Translations under genes and position numbers: made by a program
NCBI GenBank assembly: GCA_963803435.1
Contig: CAWDML010000008.1
Span: forward strand, 320,001 to 384,000
Origin: an uncultured delta proteobacterium
GTDB taxonomy: Bacteria; Myxococcota; Kuafuiibacteriia; Kuafuiibacteriales; Kuafuiibacteriaceae
Direction: 5' to 3'
Length of the DNA: 64,000 nucleotides
Notes under the pieces: model-generated
Seen by the model: only the letters and a program-made list of their open reading frames with translations
The model's database searches: none
What the model was told of the DNA's origin: nothing
In this document: positions 36,901 through 44,837 of the stretch, piece after piece
Layout of the letters: each line of letters opens with the position of its first letter
How positions within the stretch are numbered: the stretch's first letter is position 1

Positions 36901-38032
36901 CCAGTACGCCACCGAGGGCGACGATCGACTGGGCTATCGCGTTCGCGCCACGCTGGTGGGGCCGAACGGCACCAAGTCGAGCTACTGGTTCGTGGTGCGC
37001 GAGCGCGGCGCCTATCGCCTGCGCGGCTCGGACTCGTCGCCGTACGTGCTGGCGGAGGAGGCCCTGACCCGACTCGAGCAGGGCGACTACGAGCGCGCCG
37101 GTCGATGGCTCGACTGGGCGAAGGAGGTGGTCGGCTATCAGTCGGACGTGGATCCGCTGACGACCCACCCGTTCAGCGCGCTCTGGCGGGGATTGATCCC
37201 CGAGCCGAAGGATCCGGACGAGCGCCGGGCGTTGACCCGCATCGCCGCCGCGTCTCTCGTCGCCGACGGTCCCAACCGCGATCACGCCGTCGAGGTACTC
37301 GAGACCGCCCGCAAGCGGTCGCACACCCCGGGCATCGAGCTCCGGATCGATCAAGCGCTCGCCCGCGCCTACGGCGATCTGGGGGACTGGGAGCGCGCGC
37401 TGGCGGCCGCGCGCCGGCTGCGCAAGCGGAGCAAGGACTCCGAGGGTGCCTACGAGCTCGAGTTCCGCGCGCTCTATCAGCTGGGGCGCTACGCGGAGGC
37501 GAAGGCCCTGGCGGAGCAGCGGCTGGCGTCGCTTCCGAACGACCCCACCGCGATCACCCAGATCTCGGACGTGGAGATCGCCGAGGGTGACTTCGCCGCG
37601 GCCGAGAAGCGCCTCCGTGGCCTGCTCCAGCGCGGGCTCGCCACTCCGGCGACGTACAACAACCTGGCGTGGCTGGGGCTATTTCTCCCCAAGCTCCCCG
37701 ACGATGCGGCCGATCTAGCGCTGCAGGCGAACAATCTGACCCGATTCGCCGAGCCGGGTACGCTCCACACGCTCGCCGCGGTCTACGCCGAGCAGGGCAA
37801 GACGCGCGAGGCGTTCCAGCTGGTGCTCAAGCGGATGGACCTCCGCAACGCCGACGAGCCCGAGGGCGTCGACTGGTATCTGCTCGGCCGGATCATGGAG
37901 CACTACGATCTCGAGGATCTGGCGATGGAGGCCTATCGCAAGGTACCGAAGAGCGAGGGGCGTGCGACCGACTCGACGTACGTGCTCGCGCAACGGCGCC
38001 TCGCCATCCTGGAGAGGAAGAGCGCCGGATGA
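33911..38032 (+). CDS. DUF3857 + transglutaminase-like + TPR lipoprotein
   Basis: Lipobox VTGC; transglutaminase triad motifs GDCKDKA, FNHAI, WIDAT; multiple C-terminal TPRs (YNNLAW, LHTLA..YAE.G). Confidence 0.85.
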   Translation: MRAGSTLLLLAAVTGCRTPATPAVDTSPPVKSARDLPEALAARGRGVEVLAEEALIQFDEVGRKTYTYRIRYRILDESAIEGWSAISADWSPWYQDRPELSAVVVSPDGQRRELDQASIAELPVASEQPDLYSDRRRVRAPLAGIEVGATVSQETVQHDRRAYFDQGSVGVFYFGLRVPVHVSTLHLEVPIGAPLRWETRAIEVEPNVEEKDGRRRVTFVVGPLDPIRPADRLLPAEVARAPHVAFSTARSWAEVAGRYHELVEERLEGADVHELVDGIPSTLPRKTLIAALLARLHERVRYTGIELGQQAIVPWRPNETLERKFGDCKDKAALLVAMLRSFDIPADLALLRAGTSEDVVRDMPGLEGFNHAIVHVAGDEPLWIDATAEYAPVGLLPPTVEGRYALVAAEGTEDLVRIPESRPDDNHYLETREYYLADDGPMRIVEHTQATGVMQLKLREQFDVIDAKSVHDSLESYVKSAYRAKNLLRFKLGDARDVSIPFSIDVEADAAGVGFTASTDAFVQLRNGILFSFLPDILRYAALAGPDETEVERIVARDLVDRRREDLVFPEPYSAEVRFKVVPPTGYTLRTLPEAKRYRLGPGEYSSSFKKRPDDVVEATFTFTTGKRRLTADEVRAFVGGLREAWDQPIVALEFDHRGSRHMAEGRFREGLTEYRHLVELNEQSALHHARMAEALLRAGLGGPAREEAQRAVALDPSSPSAHYTLGLVLQCDLFGRLHAPGFDRAGAIAAFEKVKELEPDNLDARVKLAVLLEHDAQGDRYADPEALALAIEEYRQIRIRDKNRVDDNFLIALYWARRFDEIARLGPEMNPSPVRDSMLLVAHATTEGVESGLRDLERSSLAPDARQGVIDSAVTYLAHLRFYREARVLAEIAARGSQDLVASQARLAMLRKLEGFEDRPLPETNPASVVQRTLGVLFSDDADAKLLDSLLARDLAGKNGSEALEGMTQAFTAFKRAIRGSGVSLDMIRDNVLVGTQYATEGDDRLGYRVRATLVGPNGTKSSYWFVVRERGAYRLRGSDSSPYVLAEEALTRLEQGDYERAGRWLDWAKEVVGYQSDVDPLTTHPFSALWRGLIPEPKDPDERRALTRIAAASLVADGPNRDHAVEVLETARKRSHTPGIELRIDQALARAYGDLGDWERALAAARRLRKRSKDSEGAYELEFRALYQLGRYAEAKALAEQRLASLPNDPTAITQISDVEIAEGDFAAAEKRLRGLLQRGLATPATYNNLAWLGLFLPKLPDDAADLALQANNLTRFAEPGTLHTLAAVYAEQGKTREAFQLVLKRMDLRNADEPEGVDWYLLGRIMEHYDLEDLAMEAYRKVPKSEGRATDSTYVLAQRRLAILERKSAG

Positions 38033-38047
38033 CGCTGATCGCCGTGC

Positions 38048-38326
38048 TCAGGCGACAGCTTTGCCTTCGCGACGGGCCACCGCGGTCGCGAAGACGTCGA
38101 GCTGCTCGCACGCCTTGGTGAGGGCGACCAGCGCCTGCTGGAGCTCGTCGTATTCACCGTTGAACTCGGTCTCGAAGTACTTGTTGGCCTTGGCGGCTTC
38201 GATCGTGCCCTTGGCCCGCTTGGCGAGCTGCTCGACCCAGCCGCGCACGACGTCACCCTCGAAGAAGATGCCGTCCGCGCGCTCCATGAGGTCCCTTGCG
38301 TTCACTCTCTGTGTTCTTCCAGCCAT
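38048..38326 (-). CDS. Small hypothetical alpha-helical protein
   Basis: Strong GAGGAGGAG RBS, biased codons, and TTGACG about 60 nt upstream. Confidence 0.7.
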   Translation of the reverse strand: MAGRTQRVNARDLMERADGIFFEGDVVRGWVEQLAKRAKGTIEAAKANKYFETEFNGEYDELQQALVALTKACEQLDVFATAVARREGKAVA

Positions 38327-38524
38327 CGATTGCTTTCTCCTCCTCGAAGAGTGGGCCTAGGGTGAGCGCTTCGAGGGTGCGCCGTCAAGGGCTGATGTCT
38401 ATATATGGTAGGCTTCTCGGTAAGAGACCCCCATATCCTGAGTAGGATGCTGTGATCGGATCGCAAACCCTGGCCAATACCGCCAACCGCGCTCCCGTGC
38501 GAAGAAAAGGGCGCCGAGGGATCT

Positions 38525-40426
38525 GTGCCGGAGTCGCTCTCGCTGAAGCTCTCGCTCGATCAGACGAGCCTCCTGCCTGACCAGGTCAATCGCTGCCACC
38601 TGCTGATCGACCTCGTCGCCAGCCCGATGGATCTCGAGGGCGACCGCGCGCCGATGACGATCATGTTCGCGCTCGATCGGAGCTCTTCGATGAAGGGACC
38701 GCCGATCGAGCACATGGCGCAGTCCGTCGATCGCATGGTCGAGCTGCTCGACGAGCGCGATCGCATCGGCATCGTCACCTTCGCCACCACCGCCGGCGTC
38801 GATCTCCCGATCGCGTCTGCGACGGCCGAGACCAAGGCGCGCGTCCGCACCCTGGTCCGCGGGCTGAAGCCCGGCAAGGAGACGCACATGGAGGCCGGCC
38901 TCCAGCTCGGCGCCGAGCTGCTCCTCGCAGAGTCGCCCGATCGCCGGCGCGCGCTCTTCCTCCTCTCCGATGGCGTCCCCAACGTCGGTCGTCGCTGCAC
39001 GCCGATGACGCTCGCCGAGATGGTCCGCCCCTGGCGGGGCGAGATCGCGATCTGGTCCCTCGGCTATGGACCGCACCACCAGGAGGACATCCTGGGCGCG
39101 ATCAGCGATGCGGCCGGCGGTCGCTACCAGTTCATCCCCGAGCCGGAGGTCTGCGAGTACATGTTCGCCAAGGCCGTCGGTGTTCAAGGCGAGATTGTCG
39201 CGGAAGCCGTCGAGCTGAACCTGGTCCCGGCGCCGGGCGTCAAGCTGATCCGCTTTCTCGGCAAGCAGGACGTCCGCGGCTCCGACTCCGGCTGCGTGTT
39301 GTTGCTCCCCGACTTTGTCGCGGAGATGCGGCGGTTGATCGTCGCCGAGATTGAGCTGACGCCGTCGGCCGAGCGCGGGTTGTGGAACGCGGTGGCCGCC
39401 GAGCTCTCCTATCGTCCGCCCGGCAAGGCGTCCAAGAGCCTCCGCCAGTTCACGCCGGTCATGGTGGCCACGACCTCGTCGCAGATGGTGCCCGAGGCCT
39501 CGGTCGGCGTGCTGCTGGCGCGGAGCGATCAGGCGCGCGCCGACGCCCGCTCGCTCGCGGACCGGGGCCGCTTCGAGGAGGCGAAGGCCGTGCTCGAGAC
39601 GCACCGGCGGCTGCTCCTCGAGTGGCCGGGCGTCACCCCCGACGACGGATCGCCGGTCGCGGTGGCGGCGGAGATTCTCCGGGAGGAGTCGATGGCCCTC
39701 GACGGCGGGCCGGGAGCTGACACCTACCGGGCTTACAAGCGGGTTCACTTCGACACCTCGGTGTCGAGCCAGTCCCTCTCTTCCTCCTGGCGGACGTCGG
39801 AGAACAGCTACGTCGATCACGTCGTGCGGGTCGTCGCGGGCGAGTATCCGCCGGCCCGCCTCGAGCAGCTCCTCGGCGAGGAGGCGGGTCGGATCGTCCC
39901 GCTCCGCGCCGAGCAGACCCTGGGGCGCGGCAACGACGCCGACGTCCAGGTGAGGAGCGAGCGCGTCTCCCGCGCGCACGCCGCGATCTTCGCCCAGCGC
40001 GGCCGCTTCTTCGTGATCGACCTCGGTTCGGCGAACGGTACGTGGGTGAATCGGAGGCGGGTGCAGACCAAGGAGCTGGTCCATGATGACGTGATCGGCC
40101 TGGCCTCCGACGTCTCGTTCCGCTTCCTGGAGCGCGTGGACGAGTCCCGCCTGGTCGTGATCGGGCCGAGCAAGGAACCCTACGTGATCGAGCCGGAGCG
40201 GCTGTTCGTCATCGGGAAGAGCAGCGCGTGCAGCATGGTGATCGACGCGCCGGGTGTGGCGCGGCGACACGCCGCCGTGCGCATGGAGACCGGGCGCTAT
40301 CTCCTGGAGGTGTATGCAGGTGCGCCTCCGGCGGAGCGGCGGGGCCGCACGTTCGAGCGCCTCGAGATCGAGGACGGCGACGAGGTCCAGCTGGGCGACG
40401 CGACGCTTCGCTTCGAGCTGAGGTAG
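38525..40426 (+). CDS. vWA (MIDAS) domain protein with two C-terminal FHA domains
   Basis: LDRSSSM...T...LSDG MIDAS. FHA1 GR...VSRAHA...DLGSANGT; FHA2 degenerate (GK...VARRHA). Confidence 0.85.
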   Translation: MPESLSLKLSLDQTSLLPDQVNRCHLLIDLVASPMDLEGDRAPMTIMFALDRSSSMKGPPIEHMAQSVDRMVELLDERDRIGIVTFATTAGVDLPIASATAETKARVRTLVRGLKPGKETHMEAGLQLGAELLLAESPDRRRALFLLSDGVPNVGRRCTPMTLAEMVRPWRGEIAIWSLGYGPHHQEDILGAISDAAGGRYQFIPEPEVCEYMFAKAVGVQGEIVAEAVELNLVPAPGVKLIRFLGKQDVRGSDSGCVLLLPDFVAEMRRLIVAEIELTPSAERGLWNAVAAELSYRPPGKASKSLRQFTPVMVATTSSQMVPEASVGVLLARSDQARADARSLADRGRFEEAKAVLETHRRLLLEWPGVTPDDGSPVAVAAEILREESMALDGGPGADTYRAYKRVHFDTSVSSQSLSSSWRTSENSYVDHVVRVVAGEYPPARLEQLLGEEAGRIVPLRAEQTLGRGNDADVQVRSERVSRAHAAIFAQRGRFFVIDLGSANGTWVNRRRVQTKELVHDDVIGLASDVSFRFLERVDESRLVVIGPSKEPYVIEPERLFVIGKSSACSMVIDAPGVARRHAAVRMETGRYLLEVYAGAPPAERRGRTFERLEIEDGDEVQLGDATLRFELR

Positions 40427-40459
40427 GGGCGGCGGTCACCTCGGCATGGACTCGCGTCC

Positions 40460-41242
40460 GTGTACAATGCAGCGGTGGGCGTCAGCCGACGCGGTATCAC
40501 GCAAGACCTGAACGATTTCGTGCGGACTTCACTCGATGTCACGGACGTCCAGGTCGTCTTCCAGCCGATCCTCGATCTGCGGACCAAGGACGTGTTCGCC
40601 TACGAGTCCTTGCTCCGCAGCGGTGATCCTCGCTTCTCCGGCCCGCCTGCGCTGATCGAACACGCGATCGCGAATGACTGCTGCGGGGAGCTCGGCCGTC
40701 TGATCCGCCAGCTCGCCACCGCCCGCTGTCCGGTGCATCCGCTCTTCGTCAACATCCATCCCCGCGAGTTCGAGGACGGCTGGCTACTTCGCCCCGACGA
40801 CCCGATCTTCACGCACGACGCGGCGGTGTACCTCGAGATCACCGAGACCGTCCCTATGAGCCACGTCAAGTACTGCCACGGCTCGCTCGAGGAGATCCGC
40901 AGCAAGGGCGTGCGGCTCGCGGTCGACGATCTCGGCGCGGGCTACTCCAACCTCAAGTACATCGCCGATCTCTCCCCCGACATCGTGAAGCTCGACCGGC
41001 AGCTCATCGCGGGCCTCGATCGCGATGGGCGCCTGTTCCGCCTGGTGCGAGCGGTGGTCCGCCTCTGCGAGGATCTGGGGGCCGAGGTGATCGCAGAGGG
41101 CATCGAGACCGAAGGAGAGCTCGAGGCGTCGGCGCGCGCCGGCGTTCACTACGGGCAGGGCTATTTCATCGGACGCCCGCACGAGAAGCCGAGCCCGGCG
41201 ACGGCGATCGATCTGATCATGGTCGACGGCGGCTGGATCTGA
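40460..41242 (+). CDS. Stand-alone EAL-domain c-di-GMP phosphodiesterase
   Basis: FQPI, ESLLR, VN, EITE, DDLGAGYS, KLD, EGIE, QGY. Confidence 0.9.
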   Translation: MYNAAVGVSRRGITQDLNDFVRTSLDVTDVQVVFQPILDLRTKDVFAYESLLRSGDPRFSGPPALIEHAIANDCCGELGRLIRQLATARCPVHPLFVNIHPREFEDGWLLRPDDPIFTHDAAVYLEITETVPMSHVKYCHGSLEEIRSKGVRLAVDDLGAGYSNLKYIADLSPDIVKLDRQLIAGLDRDGRLFRLVRAVVRLCEDLGAEVIAEGIETEGELEASARAGVHYGQGYFIGRPHEKPSPATAIDLIMVDGGWI

Positions 41243-41245
41243 GCC

Positions 41246-41713
41246 TCAGCTCTCGACGCGCACCAGCGTGCGCTCCATCCGCACCGCGTCCTCTCGGCCC
41301 TCGTAATAGCCGCGGATGACGGCGACCTCTCGATAGCCCACCGCGCGGTAGAAGGCGCGCGCGCCTCGGTTCTTGCGGCGCACCTCGAGGCGGACGCTCC
41401 CCAGCATCGCGGTCTCCGCCATGCGCTCCAGCCACTCGAGGAGCTTTCTGCCGAGACCCTTCTTTCGGTGGAGGCGGGAGACGGCGAACAGGACCAGGTG
41501 ACCCTCGTCATCGAAGAACTGCATCACCGCGAAACCGACCACCAGACCGTTGGCCCGCGCGACCACCACCTCGGTGTCGCCGCGCTCGATCAGCCGGGCC
41601 ACGGCCGTCGGCCGCCAGCGCCACGTCAGGCCCTCCTCGATGAGGGCACGCGACATGTTGGCGATGCGCCATGCTTCGCCCGTGCGCGCCGGTCCGATCT
41701 GATAATCGGTCAC
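41246..41713 (-). CDS. RimI-like GNAT N-acetyltransferase
   Basis: R.KGLGR.LL, LEVR..N..A..FY...GY, YY...EDA..M. Confidence 0.85.
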   Translation of the reverse strand: MTDYQIGPARTGEAWRIANMSRALIEEGLTWRWRPTAVARLIERGDTEVVVARANGLVVGFAVMQFFDDEGHLVLFAVSRLHRKKGLGRKLLEWLERMAETAMLGSVRLEVRRKNRGARAFYRAVGYREVAVIRGYYEGREDAVRMERTLVRVES

Positions 41714-41744
41714 CGTTCGAAGCGTACATGATAGGGAAGGCGGG

Positions 41745-42770
41745 ATGAAAGCGCTCCAGGTCCGCGAGTTCGGACTGTCTCATCTGGAGGAGGTAGAGCG
41801 ACCTGATCCTACGCCGGGCCCGCGCGAGGTTCTGCTCCGCATGCGTGCGGCGTCGATCAATTACCGCGACATCCTCATGATCAGCGGTCTCTACAATCCA
41901 CGTCAGCGACTCCCGTTGATCCCGCTGTCCGACGGCGTGGGCGAAGTGATTGCGGCTGGCCCCGATGTCCAGCGGGTCCAGGTCGGCGATCGCGTCGTCC
42001 CGACGTTCTTCCAGGGCTGGCCGAGCGGTCCGGTGCCGCGACGTTCCGAGCCGCTGCGCACGAGCCTCGGCGGGCCGCTCGACGGCGTGCTCGCCCAGCG
42101 CATGCTCCTCGACGAACAGGGGGTCGTGAAGGCGCCCGCCCACCTCACGGACGCAGAGGCGGCCTGCCTCGCGTGCGCCGGCCTGACGGCCTGGAACGCG
42201 ATCGTGGTCCAGAGCGAGCTGGCGCCGGGCGACACCGTCGTGCTGCAGGGGACCGGCGGCGTCTCGATCTTCGCGTTCCAGTTCGCACAGATGATGGGCT
42301 GCCGGACCATCGTCACCTCGAGCAGCGACGAGAAGCTGGTACGCGCCACCAGTCTCGGGGCCGACGCGACGATCAACTACCGGGCCACTCCCGAGTGGTC
42401 CAAGGAGGTCCTCCGTCTGACCGGCGGTCTCGGCGCGACCCACGTCGTCGACGTCGGCGGCGCCGGGACGATGGCCCAGTCGCTCAAGGCCGTTCATCCG
42501 GGCGGCGGCATCAGCGTGATCGGCGTGCTCGGTGGTACGCAGGGTCCGTTCGACATGATCCCGGTGCTGATGAGGAACCTCCGCCTTCAGGGCGTCTTCG
42601 TCGGAAACCGCGATCAGCTCGAGGCCATGTCCCGCGCGATGTCCCACCATCACATGCATCCGATCGTCGATCGCGTCTTCCCGTTCTCGGAGGCGCGCGC
42701 CGCGCTCGACTACGCCTCGCAGGGCAAGCACTTCGGGAAGGTCTGCATCGATCTCACGACGGCCGGGTGA
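41745..42770 (+). CDS. NAD(P)-dependent medium-chain alcohol dehydrogenase/quinone reductase (MDR)
   Basis: SINYRD, PLSDG.GEV, CAGLTAWNA, QGTGGVS, TSSSDEKL, HFGKV.I. Confidence 0.92.
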   Translation: MKALQVREFGLSHLEEVERPDPTPGPREVLLRMRAASINYRDILMISGLYNPRQRLPLIPLSDGVGEVIAAGPDVQRVQVGDRVVPTFFQGWPSGPVPRRSEPLRTSLGGPLDGVLAQRMLLDEQGVVKAPAHLTDAEAACLACAGLTAWNAIVVQSELAPGDTVVLQGTGGVSIFAFQFAQMMGCRTIVTSSSDEKLVRATSLGADATINYRATPEWSKEVLRLTGGLGATHVVDVGGAGTMAQSLKAVHPGGGISVIGVLGGTQGPFDMIPVLMRNLRLQGVFVGNRDQLEAMSRAMSHHHMHPIVDRVFPFSEARAALDYASQGKHFGKVCIDLTTAG

Positions 42771-43632
42771 AGCGCCGCACCACGCTCATCGTCTGCTCCA
42801 CGTAGCCACCGCCGAAGAGGTTCGCGTGGTTAGCCAGGTGGTAGAGCTGATAGAGCGGGTTCCGCGCGCGCCAGCCGGGATCGAGCGGATACGCCTCGTG
42901 ATAGGCGGCGTACACGCGCTCGCCGAACCCGCCGAAGAGCGTCATCATGCCGAGCTCCGCCTCGCGGTGCGCATGATAGGCGGCCGGATCGATGAGCGAG
43001 GGTGCGCCGGCGCCGGTGACGTGGAGGTTTCCGGACCAGAGGTCGCCGTGGATCAGCGCGGGCCCCACCTCGGGACCGAGCAGATCGGGGAGCCGCGCCA
43101 GGAGCCGTTCGAAGAGCCTGATCTCGGGCGCGCCCAGCAACGCCGAGCGCGAGAGCAGGCGGAGCTGATGCCCGAGCCGATGCTCCCGGTAGAAGTCGCT
43201 CCAGCCCTCCGTCCAGGGGTTCGGCTGGAGCGTCGAGCCGCAGTAGGTGTCGCGCTCGAATCCGAACGCGGCGACGCGCGTTCGATGGAGCTCAGCCAGG
43301 CCTCGGCCCAGGCGCTCGTCGAAGTCCTTCACGCGCCGGCCCGGCGTGAACAGCTCGGTGATCAGGAATGCGGGCGACTCCGACCAGGCGACCGGCTCCG
43401 GGATCGCGAGCGAGCTGCGGGCGGCGCGCAGCGCGGTCAGTCCGGCCGCCTCGCTCGCGAAGAGCCCCGGCGGCGCGGCGTCGTTCCACTTGGCGAAGAA
43501 CGGGCCGGCGCTCGTATGCAGCACGGCCGTGTGGTTGATGCATCCGCCGGCGAGAGCCGAGCGGCCGGTGATCTCGACTTGGCGACCGAGCACCCGCGAG
43601 AGCGCGGCTGCCATCGCCGCGTCGCGGTTCAT
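42754..43632 (-). CDS. Fructosamine kinase family protein
   Basis: ATG 43632 overlaps the upstream TGA. GGCIN, E..GL..L, FGF....[28 protein letters not shown]. Confidence 0.92.
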   Translation of the reverse strand: MNRDAAMAAALSRVLGRQVEITGRSALAGGCINHTAVLHTSAGPFFAKWNDAAPPGLFASEAAGLTALRAARSSLAIPEPVAWSESPAFLITELFTPGRRVKDFDERLGRGLAELHRTRVAAFGFERDTYCGSTLQPNPWTEGWSDFYREHRLGHQLRLLSRSALLGAPEIRLFERLLARLPDLLGPEVGPALIHGDLWSGNLHVTGAGAPSLIDPAAYHAHREAELGMMTLFGGFGERVYAAYHEAYPLDPGWRARNPLYQLYHLANHANLFGGGYVEQTMSVVRRFTRPS

Positions 43633-44070
43633 TTCATGGCCTCGAGCAGCCGGCGGCAGCCGTCCTCGACGATGTCGAGTACGGTCTCGAAGCCGTCGGG
43701 TCCTCCGTAGTACGGGTCCGGGACGTCGGCGCCGGGAACGAGGAGGGCAATCTTGTCGCGATGCTCCGCGGGACAGAATCTCGAGGAGCTCGGACGCGTT
43801 CGAGCGGTCCATCGCGACGATCCGATCGAAGCGCTCGAAGTCGGAGGGCGCGACCTGGCGGGCGATGCTCTCGAGCCGGTAGCCGCGCTTCTTCGCGGCC
43901 GCGCGCATCCTCGGGTCGGCGCGGTCGCCTGCGTGCCAGCCGCCGGTGCCCGCCGAGTCGATGAAGAGCTGGTCGGCGAGCCCTGCGTCCTCGACCATCG
44001 TCTTGAAGACCGCCTCGGCGGTGGGCGAGCGGCAGATGTTGCCCAGGCAGACGAACAGCACCCGCTTCAC
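43629..44070 (-). CDS. Low-molecular-weight protein-tyrosine phosphatase (frameshift near 43775)
   Basis: [25 protein letters not shown]. The C-terminal [13 protein letters not shown] is in a shifted frame ending at TGA 43629. Confidence 0.88.
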
Positions 44071-44837
44071 GACTCGCACCCGACCTGGAAGACCGCTCGG
44101 TCCTCCAGCCTGACCGCCGTGAGCTTGCCGCCCCACACGCAGGCCGAATCGAGCGCCACCACGCGGTCCATCATCCGATGACCGAGCGCGGCCCAGTGCG
44201 CGAACACCACCGTCAGCTCGATGGTCCGGCGATCCTTCGCGTCGAACCAAGGGGTCAGCCCGGACGGCGCCTCCTCGGGTGGACCCGCGAAGCCCCAAGC
44301 CGGCCGGCCCTTCTTGTCGACCATTCGCAGGCGCGTCATCACCGCCACCGACTCGGCGTCCTCCGAGTCGCCGTCGTGGATGGTCCGCAGGAACTCCCGC
44401 CAGGACGGGCTCGCCAGGCGCGCCTGCACCTTCTCGGCGCGATGCGAGATCTCGCTCCAGCCCCACGCCGGCAGCAGACCGGCGTGCAGGCAGATCGTGT
44501 CGCCCTCGCGGTGCACCAGCGGGCAATGGCGGAGCCAGTCGACGAGCACGTCGCGGTTGTCGGCCTTGAGCACGCTTCCGAGCGTGTCCCGCTTCTTGCG
44601 GCTGGAGACGCCGGCCACGCGGTTCAACAGGTGGATGTCGTGGTTGCCGAGCACGACCACCATCGAGTCCCGGTGGGCGTACGCGAACTCGAGCACCTCG
44701 AGGGATTTCGGGCCGCGGTTGACGAGATCACCGCAGAGCCAGAGTCGATCGCGGGTCGGATCGAACTTGATCCGGTCGAGGAGCTGCCTGAGCTCGTCGA
44801 AGCATCCCTGGATGTCACCGATCGCGTAGGTGGCCAC
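44067..44837 (-). CDS. apaH: Symmetrical bis(5'-nucleosyl)-tetraphosphatase
   Basis: YAIGDIQGC, GDLVNRGP.SL, LGNHD.HLL, HAG..P.W, FAHWAAL, LDS.CVWGG.LTA. Confidence 0.93.
   Translation of the reverse strand: MATYAIGDIQGCFDELRQLLDRIKFDPTRDRLWLCGDLVNRGPKSLEVLEFAYAHRDSMVVVLGNHDIHLLNRVAGVSSRKKRDTLGSVLKADNRDVLVDWLRHCPLVHREGDTICLHAGLLPAWGWSEISHRAEKVQARLASPSWREFLRTIHDGDSEDAESVAVMTRLRMVDKKGRPAWGFAGPPEEAPSGLTPWFDAKDRRTIELTVVFAHWAALGHRMMDRVVALDSACVWGGKLTAVRLEDRAVFQVGCES

Noticed and set aside
38440-38490. c-di-GMP-I riboswitch (GGATCGCAAACCCTGGCC resembles part of the motif)
   Set aside because: The GGCAAAC/GNRA first stem and the matching 3' strand could not be found.
42754-44526. 590-aa phosphatase-fructosamine kinase fusion
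   Set aside because: The phosphatase C-terminus (DPYYG) is in another frame and stops at 43629, overlapping the kinase ATG; these are two genes plus one indel.
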